Positions 63,370 through 64,000 of a DNA stretch of 64,000 nt are shown in pieces. Position 1 is the first letter of the stretch. Every line of letters begins with the position of its first letter. Source of the stretch: an uncultured Actinomycetes bacterium (lineage in GTDB: Bacteria; Actinomycetota; UBA4738; HRBIN12); contig CAWBAK010000004.1 of NCBI GenBank assembly GCA_963786805.1, forward strand, positions 101,388-165,387, read 5' to 3'. Made by a program: the position numbers and the translations under genes. The notes below the pieces were generated by a model. That model had not been told where the DNA came from and did not search any database. It saw nothing but the letters and a program-made list of their open reading frames with translations.

Positions 63370-64000
63370 GTGGTTGCCATAGCCGGCGTGCCCGACCTGC
63401 CCGTCACGCCCGCCGACATCGAAGCCGCCCGAGCGCGGATCGCCGCCCGCGTCCGCCGGACCCCCGTCCTGGAGCTCGAGCCGGGTGCCTTCGGCGTCCC
63501 GGGACGGATCGTCCTCAAGCTCGAGCTGTTGCAGCACACGGGCTCGTTCAAGGTTCGGGGTGCCTTCAACCGGATGCTCGGAGCCGAGGTGCCGGAGGCC
63601 GGAGTCATCGCCGCTTCCGGCGGGAACTTCGGGCTCGCCGTCGCGTACGCCGCGCGCGAGCTCGGCCATCGGGCCGAGGTCTTCGTCCCCGAGACCTCTC
63701 CGCCCGTCAAGGCGCAGCGGATCAAGGAGCACGGCGCGGAGGTCCGGCTCGTGCCCGGCTACTACGACGACGCTCTCGAGGCCAGCCGCGTCCGCGCCGA
63801 GGAGACGGGCGCGCTCGTCATGCACGCGTTCGACCAGCCGGAGGTGGTGGCGGGCCAGGGCACGATCGGCGCCGAGCTCTCCGAGGACGTGCCCGATGCC
63901 GATACCGTGCTCGTCGCGGTCGGCGGCGGCGGGTTGATCGGCGGCATCGCGGCCTGGTTCGAGGGCCGCACGCGCGTCGTCGGCGTGGAACCCGACCGAT
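63370..64000 (+). CDS. PLP-dependent serine/threonine dehydratase-family (fold type II) enzyme; the 3' end is truncated by the window edge
   Basis: Manual translation gives ...TPVLELEPGAFGVPGRIVLKLELLQHTGSFKVRGAFN (PLP-Lys)...GVIAASGGNFGLAVAYAA...AVGGGGLIGGIA. The start is ambiguous (GTG 63370 or 63388). It is absent from the ORF table because no stop codon lies inside the window. Confidence 0.6.
   Translation, partial: MVAIAGVPDLPVTPADIEAARARIAARVRRTPVLELEPGAFGVPGRIVLKLELLQHTGSFKVRGAFNRMLGAEVPEAGVIAASGGNFGLAVAYAARELGHRAEVFVPETSPPVKAQRIKEHGAEVRLVPGYYDDALEASRVRAEETGALVMHAFDQPEVVAGQGTIGAELSEDVPDADTVLVAVGGGGLIGGIAAWFEGRTRVVGVEPDR

Noticed and set aside
60952-63825. 957-aa minus-strand ORF covering the LigB region and ALDH antisense
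   Set aside because: Only the C-terminal 294 aa (the LigB dioxygenase) look like protein. The upstream part is out of frame relative to the intact ALDH gene on the same strand.

Overview
This is a 64-kb, high-GC (~70%) chromosomal segment of actinobacterial character with dense coding. Many genes have overlapping stop/start codons (ATGA, GTGA, TGATG), which suggests operons.

Main contents:
- A complete System I cytochrome c maturation set split into two blocks: ccmABCD on the plus strand (3.7-6.0 kb) and ccmE-F-G-H plus a TPR CcmI-like gene on the minus strand (13.3-17.7 kb).
- Between the two ccm blocks sits an unusual four-gene minus-strand operon (6.2-13.2 kb): a FAD/NAD(P)H oxidoreductase, a triple-FHA protein, a [4Fe-4S] protein with two cyclic-nucleotide-binding domains, and a membrane pentaheme cytochrome c with Asp-rich Ca-binding-like repeats. 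This is the most interesting candidate for an undescribed redox and signalling system.
- A GlgE alpha-glucan pathway block (glgE, a treS-pep2 fusion, glgB, glgX) plus a second GDE-family debranching gene.
- Two tRNAs: Gly-TCC on the minus strand and Arg-TCT on the plus strand. A lower-GC island follows tRNA-Arg, carrying a PGRP/amidase_2-like gene, an alpha/beta-hydrolase-adenylyl-cyclase fusion, a VOC protein, a tiny lipoprotein and a secreted acidic repeat protein.
- A two-component system (OmpR-type response regulator plus histidine kinase) followed by PepSY, a flippase-like TM protein, a substrate-binding protein, a TM-kinase, a lipoprotein and a PAP2 phosphatase.
- A MetE-like gene flanked, in inverted orientation, by two diverged paralogous small ORFs.
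- An aromatic and oxidative catabolic block: P450, SDR, LLM oxygenase, APC permease, LigB extradiol dioxygenase, ALDH and a PLP dehydratase.

A striking number of otherwise conserved genes carry single-base frame changes, often at homopolymers. This pattern is most consistent with indel errors in the assembly, but real pseudogenes cannot be excluded.
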